NCBI GenBank assembly: GCA_016214605.1
Contig: JACROD010000020.1
Location: forward strand, 30,158-94,157
Reading direction: 5' to 3'
DNA: 64,000 nt
Source: Candidatus Kaiserbacteria bacterium
Lineage (GTDB): Bacteria > Patescibacteriota > Minisyncoccia > Phycocordibacterales > UBA2100
In this document: positions 40,013 to 49,292 of the stretch, in pieces
Layout of the letters: every line of letters starts with the position of its first letter
How positions within the stretch are numbered: the first letter of the stretch is position 1
Notes under the pieces: generated by a model
What the model saw: the letters and a program-made list of their open reading frames with translations, nothing else
What the model was told of the DNA's origin: nothing
Databases searched by the model: none
Position numbers and translations under genes: made by a program

Positions 40013-40996
40013 ATGGAGATGTCGCTCGACGCTATTCTCGACCTCGCCAAACAGGTTGATTCAGGGATTGAGGTCAAAGATATCACCCCCCTTCAGGGAG
40101 GGTTTAGTTCGCAGGCCTACAAGGTCGATCGAGGAGATCGTCCTTTTGTACTGCTCGTCGAAAGACCTGGAAGCGTCAGCCCCTCAAACTACGGACACGC
40201 TTATACAGTAATCACGCTCCTACAAAAGCATAATTTCAAATACGCGCCTCTGCCGCTGTGGCTCAAGGAGGATCATAAAGCGTTGGCTATCAGTTTCTTT
40301 GATGGCGTTGCTTCCGATACATTTAACTTTGACTCGAATCATATCGATTCTTCTAGGGTGGCGCTTGAAGTCATAGACAGTCTTTTGGATACGGCAAGTA
40401 TCACGCTTGATGAATATGAAAACACCGCAAAAAACTTTGGTGTTGAGCCGTTACCGATAGAAAGCCCGATGGATGGTGCAAGGAAATACGGTACTGTCTG
40501 GTTGGATATTGTCAGGAAATCATGCCCCGACGAGGATATCGTTGCGTGGCTCGAGCCTCGGGTGGAGCGCTCGATCGAGCTCGCCAAGACTATGGGCAAC
40601 AATCCACCCGTTTTTGGCCATGGTGATCCGAGTAATCCAAACATTTTACTGCGACAGGATGGTTCGTTTATGTTGATCGACTGGGACTCGGCTCGTTTTC
40701 ATACATCGGGCCCGGAATTCTTCGTGGCCTATACGACCAACCTGACCGACTTTATGAAGCCGTATCGTGAAGTTTTGACGAGTCATGTCGCTCAGAAAAT
40801 CGGTGTATCAGTAGAAGAATTTACTCATCGAGTGCATGAATACCGGCGTTATACAGAAGTTTTTGATGTCAACTGGGCTGCAATGATGATGGCCAGGATC
40901 AATGCAGGGGAAGTGTCGGGGGATATTCACGAATTTCGTGCGATCGCGCAGGAGCGCATGAAGATATACGACTCGTCATTTGGGGGAGTCCTGTGA
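40013..40996 (+). CDS. APH/choline kinase-like phosphotransferase
   Basis: LQGGFSSQAYKV, HGDPSNPNIL (Brenner motif), LIDWD. Confidence 0.8.
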   Translation: MEMSLDAILDLAKQVDSGIEVKDITPLQGGFSSQAYKVDRGDRPFVLLVERPGSVSPSNYGHAYTVITLLQKHNFKYAPLPLWLKEDHKALAISFFDGVASDTFNFDSNHIDSSRVALEVIDSLLDTASITLDEYENTAKNFGVEPLPIESPMDGARKYGTVWLDIVRKSCPDEDIVAWLEPRVERSIELAKTMGNNPPVFGHGDPSNPNILLRQDGSFMLIDWDSARFHTSGPEFFVAYTTNLTDFMKPYREVLTSHVAQKIGVSVEEFTHRVHEYRRYTEVFDVNWAAMMMARINAGEVSGDIHEFRAIAQERMKIYDSSFGGVL

Positions 40997-41041
40997 ATTA
41001 CACCTTGCGTGGCCTATGTGCCATGCCACAATGATGGGTAT

Positions 41042-43108
41042 ATGAAAAAATTTCTTAGCATCCTTTCTATTATTGGAATGATGATACTGCCGCTTGCAGC
41101 AAGCGCGCAGACGGTTGATATCAACAGTCTCATCGCGCAGACACAAGCGCTCATCGCGCAGATCAATGCGCTCAAAGCGCAACAGGGGTATGCATCCTCC
41201 TCTGTTGTCCCGACCACTTCAACCACAAATACTTCATCCAACGCCGGTGCGCTGACTTCCGGTATTTGTCCCACGCTTTCCCGATCGCTCTCGTACGGTG
41301 CCTCGGGCAACGACGTCTCAAGTCTACAGCAATTTCTTGCGCAAGATGTGAGCGTATATCCCGATCAGCTTGTGACGGGGTATTTTGGCACTTTGACCCA
41401 AGCTGCCGTGCAGCGTTGGCAGATGAAGTATGGCGTCGTCTCGTCCGGTGCGCCGGATTCGACCGGTTTTGGCGTCGTAGGGCCGCGCACAAAAGCCGCT
41501 ATCTTGACTCACTGTGTCCCAGGTGTGAATGCTCAGACGGGGACGCCAAATGTTGCGAGTGGTTTCATTACGGTAACGCCCGCGACCGGAAACGTACCGT
41601 TTACAACGACCATCACGGCGACCGTCAATACGTCGAATTCCTGCGTCGGCGCGACGTATATGCTTGATTTTGGCGACGGAGCGAATACGCGGCAGTACAT
41701 TTCGACAGCGGGCAATTGCAGTCAACAGGTAAAGACATTCACCCACACGTATACATCCGGCGGTGTCTATACGATCACGCTATCTGCTGGCGGGCACGAG
41801 ACGACCACGATCGTTACGGTCAACGGTGCCGGCGCACAGACAGGGGCAGTCGACTCGCTCCATGCTTCGGTTGCTTCAGGGACAGCGCCATTTTTCGTGA
41901 CATTCACTGGTTCGGTGAAGGCTGAAGATGCGGGCACTTGTACCTCCAATTGTACGGATGTTATCAATTTTGGCGACGGCGCATCGGTAGCTGTTCCGCT
42001 TCCTGTGAGAAAAGAGGGGTATCAAATATATACGACATACATCGTCAGTCATACATACACGCAGGCGGGGTCCTACATTGCCAGTCTGGTGTCCTCCTCC
42101 ACTGACCCCAATGTGTCCGTACAGACCTACGCATTCACCCAGATCACTGTGTCCGGTGCTCCGGTAGCGACACCTACGCTTTTGATCACGGTCGGCAGTA
42201 ATGCTGTGCAACAAGGAGGTATATTGCCTGTTTTTTGGTCCAGTACGAACGTCGCGACATCTTCTGCGGTCGGCCTGTGGATGGTCAATACACTCTCCGG
42301 AGCTCTCTATCCGCTTGCCATGACGCTCAACACAACAGGAAGTATGAACGCGCCCATTCCCAAGACTGCGGACGAAGGGACAGTGCCTCCGGTAGGTGTC
42401 TATGTGGCATTGGGCAAGATCTACACTCCTGCAGACGCCGTGCTCACGGGTGTGACTCCGGTATATACGGCTCTCGGGCGCAGCGACACATTCAATGTCT
42501 TAGCGAGCACTGCTGATACCAATGTCCTTCCACCAACCGAATCCTACAAGATCCTTTCAGTCGCGACGGGTGTCGGAGGAAATCAATCAGCAGTATTTAT
42601 GAACATTTCGTATCCGACCTGCTCCACCTACAAGGTGGATTGGGGCGATGGAGGAGCTCTCCAAACGGGCGGCGGTGCTTCTGCAGGATGCGGCACGCAA
42701 ACCAACATCCTACTGACTCATACTTATCAGTACAATGGTACGGCGACGGTACGTCTCATGAACGGAAGTGGTACTCAACAGGCAAGCGCGTCGCTTGCGA
42801 TAGCAAACGCAGGAACAACAAGCAAATACGGCATGCTTTCGGTGACTTCCGGCATCGGCGGAGACCCTCTCTATGTGTCGGTCCAGCTCACTGTGCCGGC
42901 ATGCCCTTCATTCTTGCTCGATTGGGGGGATAACACCCTCCCGGCATCACAGACGGCATCGCCAGGGTGCACCGGGACGACGCGCCAGACGCCGACCTTT
43001 AACCACCCCTATGCGGCGCCGGGTTCTTACATCATCAAATTGAGCGACGCATCAAGTACTTTGCAGTCGAGCTCATCGATCCACCTCTCGACGACTACGA
43101 CGCAATAA
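41042..43108 (+). CDS. Secreted peptidoglycan-binding protein with PKD-like repeats
   Basis: Signal peptide; LSYGASGNDVSSLQQFL..VTGYFG.LTQAAV; four (D/N)(F/W)GD...H.Y..G.Y-type repeats. Confidence 0.85.
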   Translation: MKKFLSILSIIGMMILPLAASAQTVDINSLIAQTQALIAQINALKAQQGYASSSVVPTTSTTNTSSNAGALTSGICPTLSRSLSYGASGNDVSSLQQFLAQDVSVYPDQLVTGYFGTLTQAAVQRWQMKYGVVSSGAPDSTGFGVVGPRTKAAILTHCVPGVNAQTGTPNVASGFITVTPATGNVPFTTTITATVNTSNSCVGATYMLDFGDGANTRQYISTAGNCSQQVKTFTHTYTSGGVYTITLSAGGHETTTIVTVNGAGAQTGAVDSLHASVASGTAPFFVTFTGSVKAEDAGTCTSNCTDVINFGDGASVAVPLPVRKEGYQIYTTYIVSHTYTQAGSYIASLVSSSTDPNVSVQTYAFTQITVSGAPVATPTLLITVGSNAVQQGGILPVFWSSTNVATSSAVGLWMVNTLSGALYPLAMTLNTTGSMNAPIPKTADEGTVPPVGVYVALGKIYTPADAVLTGVTPVYTALGRSDTFNVLASTADTNVLPPTESYKILSVATGVGGNQSAVFMNISYPTCSTYKVDWGDGGALQTGGGASAGCGTQTNILLTHTYQYNGTATVRLMNGSGTQQASASLAIANAGTTSKYGMLSVTSGIGGDPLYVSVQLTVPACPSFLLDWGDNTLPASQTASPGCTGTTRQTPTFNHPYAAPGSYIIKLSDASSTLQSSSSIHLSTTTTQ

Positions 43109-45388
43109 TCATTCAGAATGGAGCTCCGTATGCGAGGTTTCGGTCCGCATGCGGAGCTCTTCGTGTTGTGCGAGTGTGGGGTCGGCCGCCACGATGCGTA
43201 TTGCTTCTTCGCGTGCTGCCTGGATGAGCTTCACGTTTTGGAGTGCTTCCATGCCGATGTCGGATACGCCCCACTGATGTCCGCCGCGCAAATCGCCTGC
43301 GCCGCGCGTCGCGAGATCGGCCTCGGCGAGTACAAATCCATCGTCGGACTTTTCAAGTGTCTTCAGTCGCTTGAGAGATATCTCCCCGGTCGTCTCAGGG
43401 AGGAGGAAACAGATTGGCGGATGCGAACTGCGCATGACGCGGCCGCGCAGCTGGTGGAGCTGTGCCAAGCCGAAGCGCTCGGCACCCTCGATCATGATCG
43501 CGGTCGCGTTGGGGACATTGACGCCGACTTCGACGACGGAGGTCGCCACGAGGATCTGTATTTCATTGCGTTCGAATCGTTTCATTACCTCGTCCTTTTC
43601 CTTTGGCTTCATCGCTCCGTGCAGAAGGCCGACTTCGTATTCGGGAAAGACGTCTTTTTGCAGGCGCTTTTGCTCGGCTTTGGCGGAGCGCGCCTGCAAG
43701 GCGCCGATCTTCGCCGGGTCCGGCTCTTCGATGCGCGGGCATATGACGTACGCTTGGCGGCCTTTCACCAGCTCCGCGCGGACGAGCTCGTATGCTTCGT
43801 CGCGCTGATCTTTTTTCACGATGCGAGTCGCAATCTTGGCGCGTCCCGGCGGGAGCTCGTCGAGGATGGAGAGATCGAGATCGCCATAGATGGTGAGCGC
43901 AAGCGTGCGCGGGATCGGGGTGGCGGTCATGGAGAGGAAGTGAGGTGAAGGGGCGCGGGACATTCCCACATTTCGCCCTGCGGAACTCCCTTCGGTCAAA
44001 CAGTCCTCGGTCAAAATGTGGGAATGTCCCGCGCCCTCACGGGCGTTTTTCTGCGCTAACGCGCGGCGCTGTTTGGTGCCGAAGCGGTGTTGTTCGTCGA
44101 TGATTGTGTACGCGAGGTGTTGGAACTCGACGGATTTTTGGATGAGCGCGTGCGTGCCGATGAGCATGGCGATCTCTCCATTTTTCACCCACTTGAGGAG
44201 TTGTGCGCGCGACACTTCGGTCGCTTTTCCTCTACCGATCTTGGAGGGGAATTTTTTGCACCCACTGCCGGTGATGAGACCGATGTTGATCGGGAGGTGT
44301 GAGAAGTATTCGATGAAGGATTGAAAATGCTGCGTAGCGAGGATCTCCGTCGGCGCCATATAGGCCACCTGCAAGGTCCCGCTTGTACGCCCCGGCGGGC
44401 GCGCAGTGACGATCGCGTAAGCCGTCGCCGCCGCGACCAGAGTCTTGCCTGAGCCGACGTCGCCTTCGAGGAGGCGCGCCATCGGGTGTGGTTTGCCGAA
44501 GTCTTTGAGGATGTCGTCGATCGCACGGATCTGTGCTTTGGTCGGGGGGAAGGCGATCGAGTCGAGGAATTCGTTGGCGCGCGCGTGCGCATCACTGATG
44601 GGAAATGTCTTGAACGAATCATTTTCCGCACGCTCCATCGCGCGCGTGATCTGTATCGTGAGGATCTCTTCAAAGGCAAATCGTTTGCGTGCGGCCGCCG
44701 CATGAGTGTCTTTCTCCGGTGTGTGGATATAAATGAGCGCCTCGGCGAGGTCGGGGAGATGATACCTTTTGAGGATGTCCGGCGGGATTGGATCGACTAG
44801 GGCCTCGTGTACATGCTGTGCAAAGACACGTTCGAGTGCGTGATAAAACCATCGACTCGTGATGCCTCGACTCTCCGGGTAGATAGGAAACAAAGACTTT
44901 GAATCCACTTCGACTGTGTCCGATGTCTCTCCGTTTGCAAAAAGCCCCTTGCTTGAACTGATCGCCGCCCCCACCATATCCGGCGGGATGATCTCGACCT
45001 CGGGGTTGGTCAGATACACGCGGCCCTCTTTGCCGCCGACCGTGCCGGTGACCTTGGCGACAGCGCCCTCGGGGATATACGAAGCGATGTAGGGCTGGTT
45101 GAACCACATGACCTTGACTCGGCCGGTCCCATCCTCAAACCATCCTTCAGTCGCATTGCGTCGACTCTTCCAAAGCTTCTTCGCTTTGAGTCCGTGAAAG
45201 GTCCCGATGAGCGTCACCTTGGTCCCCGGCACGAGCCCCGCCGCATTGGCCGATGCTCCTGCCGTGTCGAAGCGCACCGGGAAGTGATACAGGAGATCAT
45301 GGATCGTATGCAGTCCCAGCCGCTTCAGAGCCGCCTTCTGGTCCGGCACGAGGCGGAAATAATCGGTGATATTACTTGACGGGTCCAT
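43109..45388 (-). CDS. recG: ATP-dependent DNA helicase RecG
   Basis: EGDVGSGKT, MAPTEILA.QH, IDEQHRFG, MTATPIPRT, LHQLRGRV. Confidence 0.96.
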   Translation of the reverse strand: MDPSSNITDYFRLVPDQKAALKRLGLHTIHDLLYHFPVRFDTAGASANAAGLVPGTKVTLIGTFHGLKAKKLWKSRRNATEGWFEDGTGRVKVMWFNQPYIASYIPEGAVAKVTGTVGGKEGRVYLTNPEVEIIPPDMVGAAISSSKGLFANGETSDTVEVDSKSLFPIYPESRGITSRWFYHALERVFAQHVHEALVDPIPPDILKRYHLPDLAEALIYIHTPEKDTHAAAARKRFAFEEILTIQITRAMERAENDSFKTFPISDAHARANEFLDSIAFPPTKAQIRAIDDILKDFGKPHPMARLLEGDVGSGKTLVAAATAYAIVTARPPGRTSGTLQVAYMAPTEILATQHFQSFIEYFSHLPINIGLITGSGCKKFPSKIGRGKATEVSRAQLLKWVKNGEIAMLIGTHALIQKSVEFQHLAYTIIDEQHRFGTKQRRALAQKNAREGAGHSHILTEDCLTEGSSAGRNVGMSRAPSPHFLSMTATPIPRTLALTIYGDLDLSILDELPPGRAKIATRIVKKDQRDEAYELVRAELVKGRQAYVICPRIEEPDPAKIGALQARSAKAEQKRLQKDVFPEYEVGLLHGAMKPKEKDEVMKRFERNEIQILVATSVVEVGVNVPNATAIMIEGAERFGLAQLHQLRGRVMRSSHPPICFLLPETTGEISLKRLKTLEKSDDGFVLAEADLATRGAGDLRGGHQWGVSDIGMEALQNVKLIQAAREEAIRIVAADPTLAQHEELRMRTETSHTELHSE
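43951..44036. mobile_element. MITE/REP-like palindromic element inserted in-frame in recG
   Basis: Perfect 23-bp inverted repeats at 43951-43973 and 44014-44036, giving a ~30-aa insert before PHFLSMTATP. Confidence 0.75.
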
Positions 45389-45560
45389 AATTATAGTATA
45401 CAATATCACTCGGTTAGATCCTTGAGTTCAAGACATCATATCACTTTATCTCTACTTGAGACGAGCTTTTTGCGGCTTTCCGCCAGTATAGGAAGGCCCC
45501 AGCAAGCTCGTCTCATCTGAGGCAAGTCGCCGCTCGACGGTTCGAGCAAGGAGAACGACG

Positions 45561-46364
45561 ATGACGGCAACCCCGATCACGTCCGAACAAGAGAAACAGT
45601 ACAAGCGCTTCGTCGAAGACACGAGCAATCGTGGCCTCAAGGAAGTGATGGATAAAGACGCCATGCAACGATTGCTGTCGAGGGGAGGCGAGTTTCAAGC
45701 CTATTTTCTCGCTGGCGTGCGCCGATTCAGCACGAAGGCACCGGATTATGCGCTCGCGCGCATGATCCTCGGCAAGGACTTCATCTCGCCCGAGGAGATC
45801 GCGAAGTCGCGCGGTCTCGTCTACACCGATGAGCAACTCGCGAAGTTCGGCGAGACGTTGCCGCCGCAGGAAGCGCTCGAATGGTGCCGCGACAATCGCG
45901 CGGGGCTCATGGCTGGGCCGCCGCGGTCGATGTCTCTGCTCGAAGTCCGCGCACTTAAGGATGTCTACTTCTACTCGAAGGAAGGCGGTTGGTATGCTGG
46001 CGAGACGGAGATATTCGCTCGCAATGACAAGGTCGATCCGGTCTGGATCGCGTTCCTCAAGGAGCCAGTCGAGGAATCGTTCAACAAGAATTGGACCGAA
46101 CAGCAAGTGCTGGTCACCAATCCGATGGTCGTGCCCAATGCGGCCGAGGAAACCTGGTGTCTCACGACATACAAAGCGGTGCGGGGCGTCTATCTGCTCC
46201 CGAGCTGTTACGTGAGGATTTCCAGTGTGGACTCGGACGGTTACCGCGTCGGCGTCGGCGACTTCGGCGGGGCGGGCCTCCACGTCGGCCACTACTGGGA
46301 CGACGATCGGGACTCCGACTTGGGCGTCTCGGCTGTCCGGAAGTTCGGCACCTCGAACTCTTGA
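45561..46364 (+). CDS. DGR target (variable) protein, probable C-terminal CLec-like fold
   Basis: AAGGAG SD; the 3' end contains the VR matching the TR; ends ...LGVSAVRK. Confidence 0.9.
   Translation: MTATPITSEQEKQYKRFVEDTSNRGLKEVMDKDAMQRLLSRGGEFQAYFLAGVRRFSTKAPDYALARMILGKDFISPEEIAKSRGLVYTDEQLAKFGETLPPQEALEWCRDNRAGLMAGPPRSMSLLEVRALKDVYFYSKEGGWYAGETEIFARNDKVDPVWIAFLKEPVEESFNKNWTEQQVLVTNPMVVPNAAEETWCLTTYKAVRGVYLLPSCYVRISSVDSDGYRVGVGDFGGAGLHVGHYWDDDRDSDLGVSAVRKFGTSNS
46226..46344 (+). repeat. DGR variable repeat (VR)
   Basis: 119-bp ungapped match to 46716-46834 with 12 mismatches, all at TR adenines. Confidence 0.96.
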
Positions 46365-46389
46365 ATGTTCGGCTCTTTTTGAACCATTG

Positions 46390-46415
46390 AACCCTCGCGC
46401 GTCAGCGCGAGGGTT
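46390..46415 (+). promoter_or_regulatory. GC-rich hairpin downstream of VR (DGR homing hairpin and/or terminator)
   Basis: aaccctcgcgc-gtca-gcgcgagggtt, 11-bp perfect stem with 4-nt loop. Confidence 0.75.
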
Positions 46416-46715
46416 TTCTGTTTTGATATTTTCTTGCTATGATTTTGATATCTTGCTAATGAAGATCAGGCTACGGTTTGATCTCGCGGGATGTCTCGCC
46501 TCATACTCGACAGAGTGCCGGCGTTTAAGGATTTCGGCAGAGTGCGAAGAGGATAGAGATTCGAACTTCTTGCTCGTTTCTGGTGGAGATGTCCGCGAGG
46601 GCTACTCCCGGATAAAATTCAGGACCGAGAGGATATAGGATTGAGGGCAACCCATCGGTAAACCTCAAGATCCGGTGCCGCGCACAAGCGGGTCATAGAT
46701 GGAAACGGGCAAACA

Positions 46716-46834
46716 TGTGGACTCGGACGGTAACCGCGTCAACGTCGGCGACTTCGACGGGACGGGCCTCAACGTCAACAACAACTGGGACGACAATCGG
46801 AACTCCGACTTGGGCGTCTCGGCTGTCCGGAAGT
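46716..46834 (+). ncRNA. DGR template repeat (TR)
   Basis: Non-coding A-rich copy of VR with 7 AAC and 1 AAT codons in the target frame. Confidence 0.95.
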
Positions 46835-46883
46835 CATATCTCTTTCCTACAAATACTCCCGGTTGAAAGGCTGGAGTATTTCG

Positions 46884-47240
46884 TTACCGATCTCTACTTG
46901 ATCTGATCCATCCGCCGAGCATTCGGCCGATCTCATCAATATCGGATTGGAGAATGACGTATTTCTTATTGTCGATTGCTTTCACATCGGACATGAGTCT
47001 GATGAATACGCGCAAAAGATTCAATCTTGAACTCGCGTTTTCGAGGACGGGTAGTTTTTCGGCTTTTCCGATGTGTCCGGCAAGGAGCACCGCTTCCAAT
47101 ATCTCGAGTATAAGCGATTCGCATTTTTGCCAGATCGTGTAGCGATCCTGCCTCGAGATATCGGCGCGATATCCGTAAAAGGTCTTGTACAGATCGTACG
47201 TTTTCTTGAAGATCGGAGTATCAAAATCATTCATACGCAT
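46884..47240 (-). CDS. avd: DGR accessory variability determinant (Avd-like four-helix bundle)
   Basis: PIFKKTYDLYK, RQDRYTIW, LNLLRVFIRL and IDEIGRMLGGWIRS Avd pattern; start may be 47234. Confidence 0.88.
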   Translation of the reverse strand: MRMNDFDTPIFKKTYDLYKTFYGYRADISRQDRYTIWQKCESLILEILEAVLLAGHIGKAEKLPVLENASSRLNLLRVFIRLMSDVKAIDNKKYVILQSDIDEIGRMLGGWIRSSRDR

Positions 47241-48287
47241 GAAAATCTACGAAGATGTATACCAGTCTATTATTTCGCCGGAGAATCTCTTTGCCGCATG
47301 GCAAGTATTCAAAAGCGATAAGCGAAACAAGGCAGATGTGGCGGAGTTCGAGCAAAAAGTCGAACGGCACATCTTTCAACTGCATCGCGATTTGCGCTAC
47401 AAGACGTACCGACATGGACCGTATCACGGATTCTGGATCCACGATCCAAAACGCCGCCGGATACACAAAGCGACGGTGCGTGACAGGGTGCTTCATCATG
47501 CAATCTTTCGCGTACTCAATCCCATCTTCGAGCCTACATTCATACCGACTTCTTTTTCCTGTCGGATTGGAAAAGGCACGCACAAAGGCGTGATGGCGGT
47601 AAGCGACATGCTTCGCGCGGAAAGCCACAACAATACGCGCACGTGCTGGGCGCTCAAATGCGACGTGCGGAGATTCTTCGACAGCGTCGATCATGCGATT
47701 CTCCTTCGGATTCTTGAAAAGAGGATCAAAGACACAGACACCTGCGCCCTGCTCCGGCACATAGTAGGGAGTTACTCTGCGGATAGTTGCGGGGGGGGGG
47801 TCTTATGGGTATTCCCATCGGCAATCTCACTTCGCAGCTCTTTGCGAATATCTACATGAATGAACTGGATCAGTTTGTGAAGCATGAGTTGAAGGTAAAG
47901 CGATATGCGCGGTACACGGATGATTTTATCATTGTATCGGCGGATCGCGAGTACCTCGCATTGCTCATCCCACGCATCGAGTTGTTTTTACAGACGAGAC
48001 TTCGGCTCAGCTTGCATCCGCGTAAAGTCGAGATACGTGCATATCACCGAGGAATCGATTTTTTAGGATACGTGATCTTGTCGCATCACATGCGGCTTCG
48101 CACCAAGACGAAGAAGCGCATGATCCGCAAGCTCCGCGAACGTGTCGTAGCGTACCGGAGCGGGCACATCAAAGAAGAGCAACTGCTTGGCTCACTGCGA
48201 TCGTACCTGGGCGTGCTTTCGCACGCCGATGCATATGGTCTGATCGAGGCGCTCAAGAATGACTTTTGGTTTTGGTTGCATGAATAA
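47239..48287 (+). pseudogene. DGR reverse transcriptase, frameshifted at a G10 tract (47791-47800)
   Basis: DPKRRRI, RDRVLHHA, SFSCRIGKGTH, LKCDVRRFFDSVDH in the first frame; GIPIGNLTSQLFANIY, RYTDDF, GIDFLGY in the second frame. Confidence 0.92.
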
Positions 48288-48451
48288 CACGCCGCTGTTC
48301 GGATTCATCTGCGGATTCGGGATTATTCACGGACGTCAATTACGTGGCGCATTCCCACTGTTGGGAATTCCGATACCTCAGGTGGAACTGGACTGCTTCA
48401 ATCCGCTCACAATGGTTGACAACCGCCTCACTGTTGGTATCATATGCGTAT

Positions 48452-48628
48452 ATGAAAGCTACCTCAACGATGAAAAAAATAAAAAGCTCTCGAACGCGGC
48501 ATGGTATAAAAAAGTTCGCACCAGTTGCCGGGACAAAAACACACGCCAAGTCTTTGAGTGAATTTGCATTTTGGAAACAAATCGCTTTACAACAGCAGGC
48601 GCTTCTCCATGCAAAAAATAGGACATAA
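48452..48628 (+). CDS. Small basic protein, possible antitoxin
   Basis: Short ORF overlapping the start of the downstream PemK gene. Confidence 0.4.
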   Translation: MKATSTMKKIKSSRTRHGIKKFAPVAGTKTHAKSLSEFAFWKQIALQQQALLHAKNRT

Positions 48629-48959
48629 GCACATACGGAAGGGAGACGTGTGGCTGATCGAGAATATGGTCGCGATAGGCCATATGCAAAAGGGAACGCG
48701 CCCCCATGTCGTAGTGACGCAAGTGACGGGCGAGACGGTTACCGTCGCACCCTGCACATCCGTTCGCAAGACGATTCGTCATAAATATGTCGTGGAAATA
48801 CGGCCCACCAAAGACAACGGTCTGCGTACCGTTTCGTTCATCTTGCTCTCGCAGTCGTTTGCCGCCGATACCAGTCTCTTGCAAAAAAGAATCGGGCATC
48901 TCGATGTAAACGAGATCGCTCGCGTTCAACTCGAGTATGTGAAGTACGTGACCGATTGA
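48609..48959 (+). CDS. PemK/MazF family toxin
   Basis: RKGDVW, GHMQKGTRPHVVV, VAPCTS, NGL...S.ILLSQ, RIGHL. Confidence 0.82.
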   Translation: MQKIGHKHIRKGDVWLIENMVAIGHMQKGTRPHVVVTQVTGETVTVAPCTSVRKTIRHKYVVEIRPTKDNGLRTVSFILLSQSFAADTSLLQKRIGHLDVNEIARVQLEYVKYVTD

Positions 48960-49057
48960 GTTATACACACCCATATTTTGCCCCCCCTTGCATACTGCGA
49001 ACGCATGGGTAATATAGCGATGTTATAGGTTTTAATTTAGTTTCTTTTCTATATCGT

Positions 49058-49195
49058 ATGGATTACGACGATGACAAGGAGGTAGCGGAGGGGGTAGGGC
49101 TTTCGGATGATGCTTTACTCGAGGAAGAGGTCTCGGAGGATGAGGACGAGGACGAGCTGACCGACGAGGAGGTTACCGAGAAGGATTGGGAATAA
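49058..49195 (+). CDS. 45-aa highly acidic protein, absent from the ORF track
   Basis: MDYDDDKEVAEGVGLSDDALLEEEVSEDEDEDELTDEEVTEKDWE*, followed by a strong hairpin (aagccccgcgag...ctcgcggggctt). Confidence 0.65.
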   Translation: MDYDDDKEVAEGVGLSDDALLEEEVSEDEDEDELTDEEVTEKDWE

Positions 49196-49292
49196 TTTTT
49201 GAACACGATACGATCCAAGCCCCGCGAGATAGGCGCAAGACGCCACCTCGCGGGGCTTGCGATTTTATGGGTACTCGATATCATGGATATGT

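Noticed and set aside
46226-46834. VR/TR pair as a CRISPR array or simple duplication
   Set aside because: Only two copies, no spacers or cas genes, and the adenine-only mismatches identify a DGR
47239-48287. RT as a group II intron or retron
   Set aside because: Short RT with IGNLTSQ motif, no maturase or endonuclease domain, and adjacent Avd and TR
13848-48969. DnaA-box-like 9-mers at 13848, 24434, 34791 and 48961
   Set aside because: Isolated and mostly imperfect, with no cluster or dnaA gene, so not called oriC
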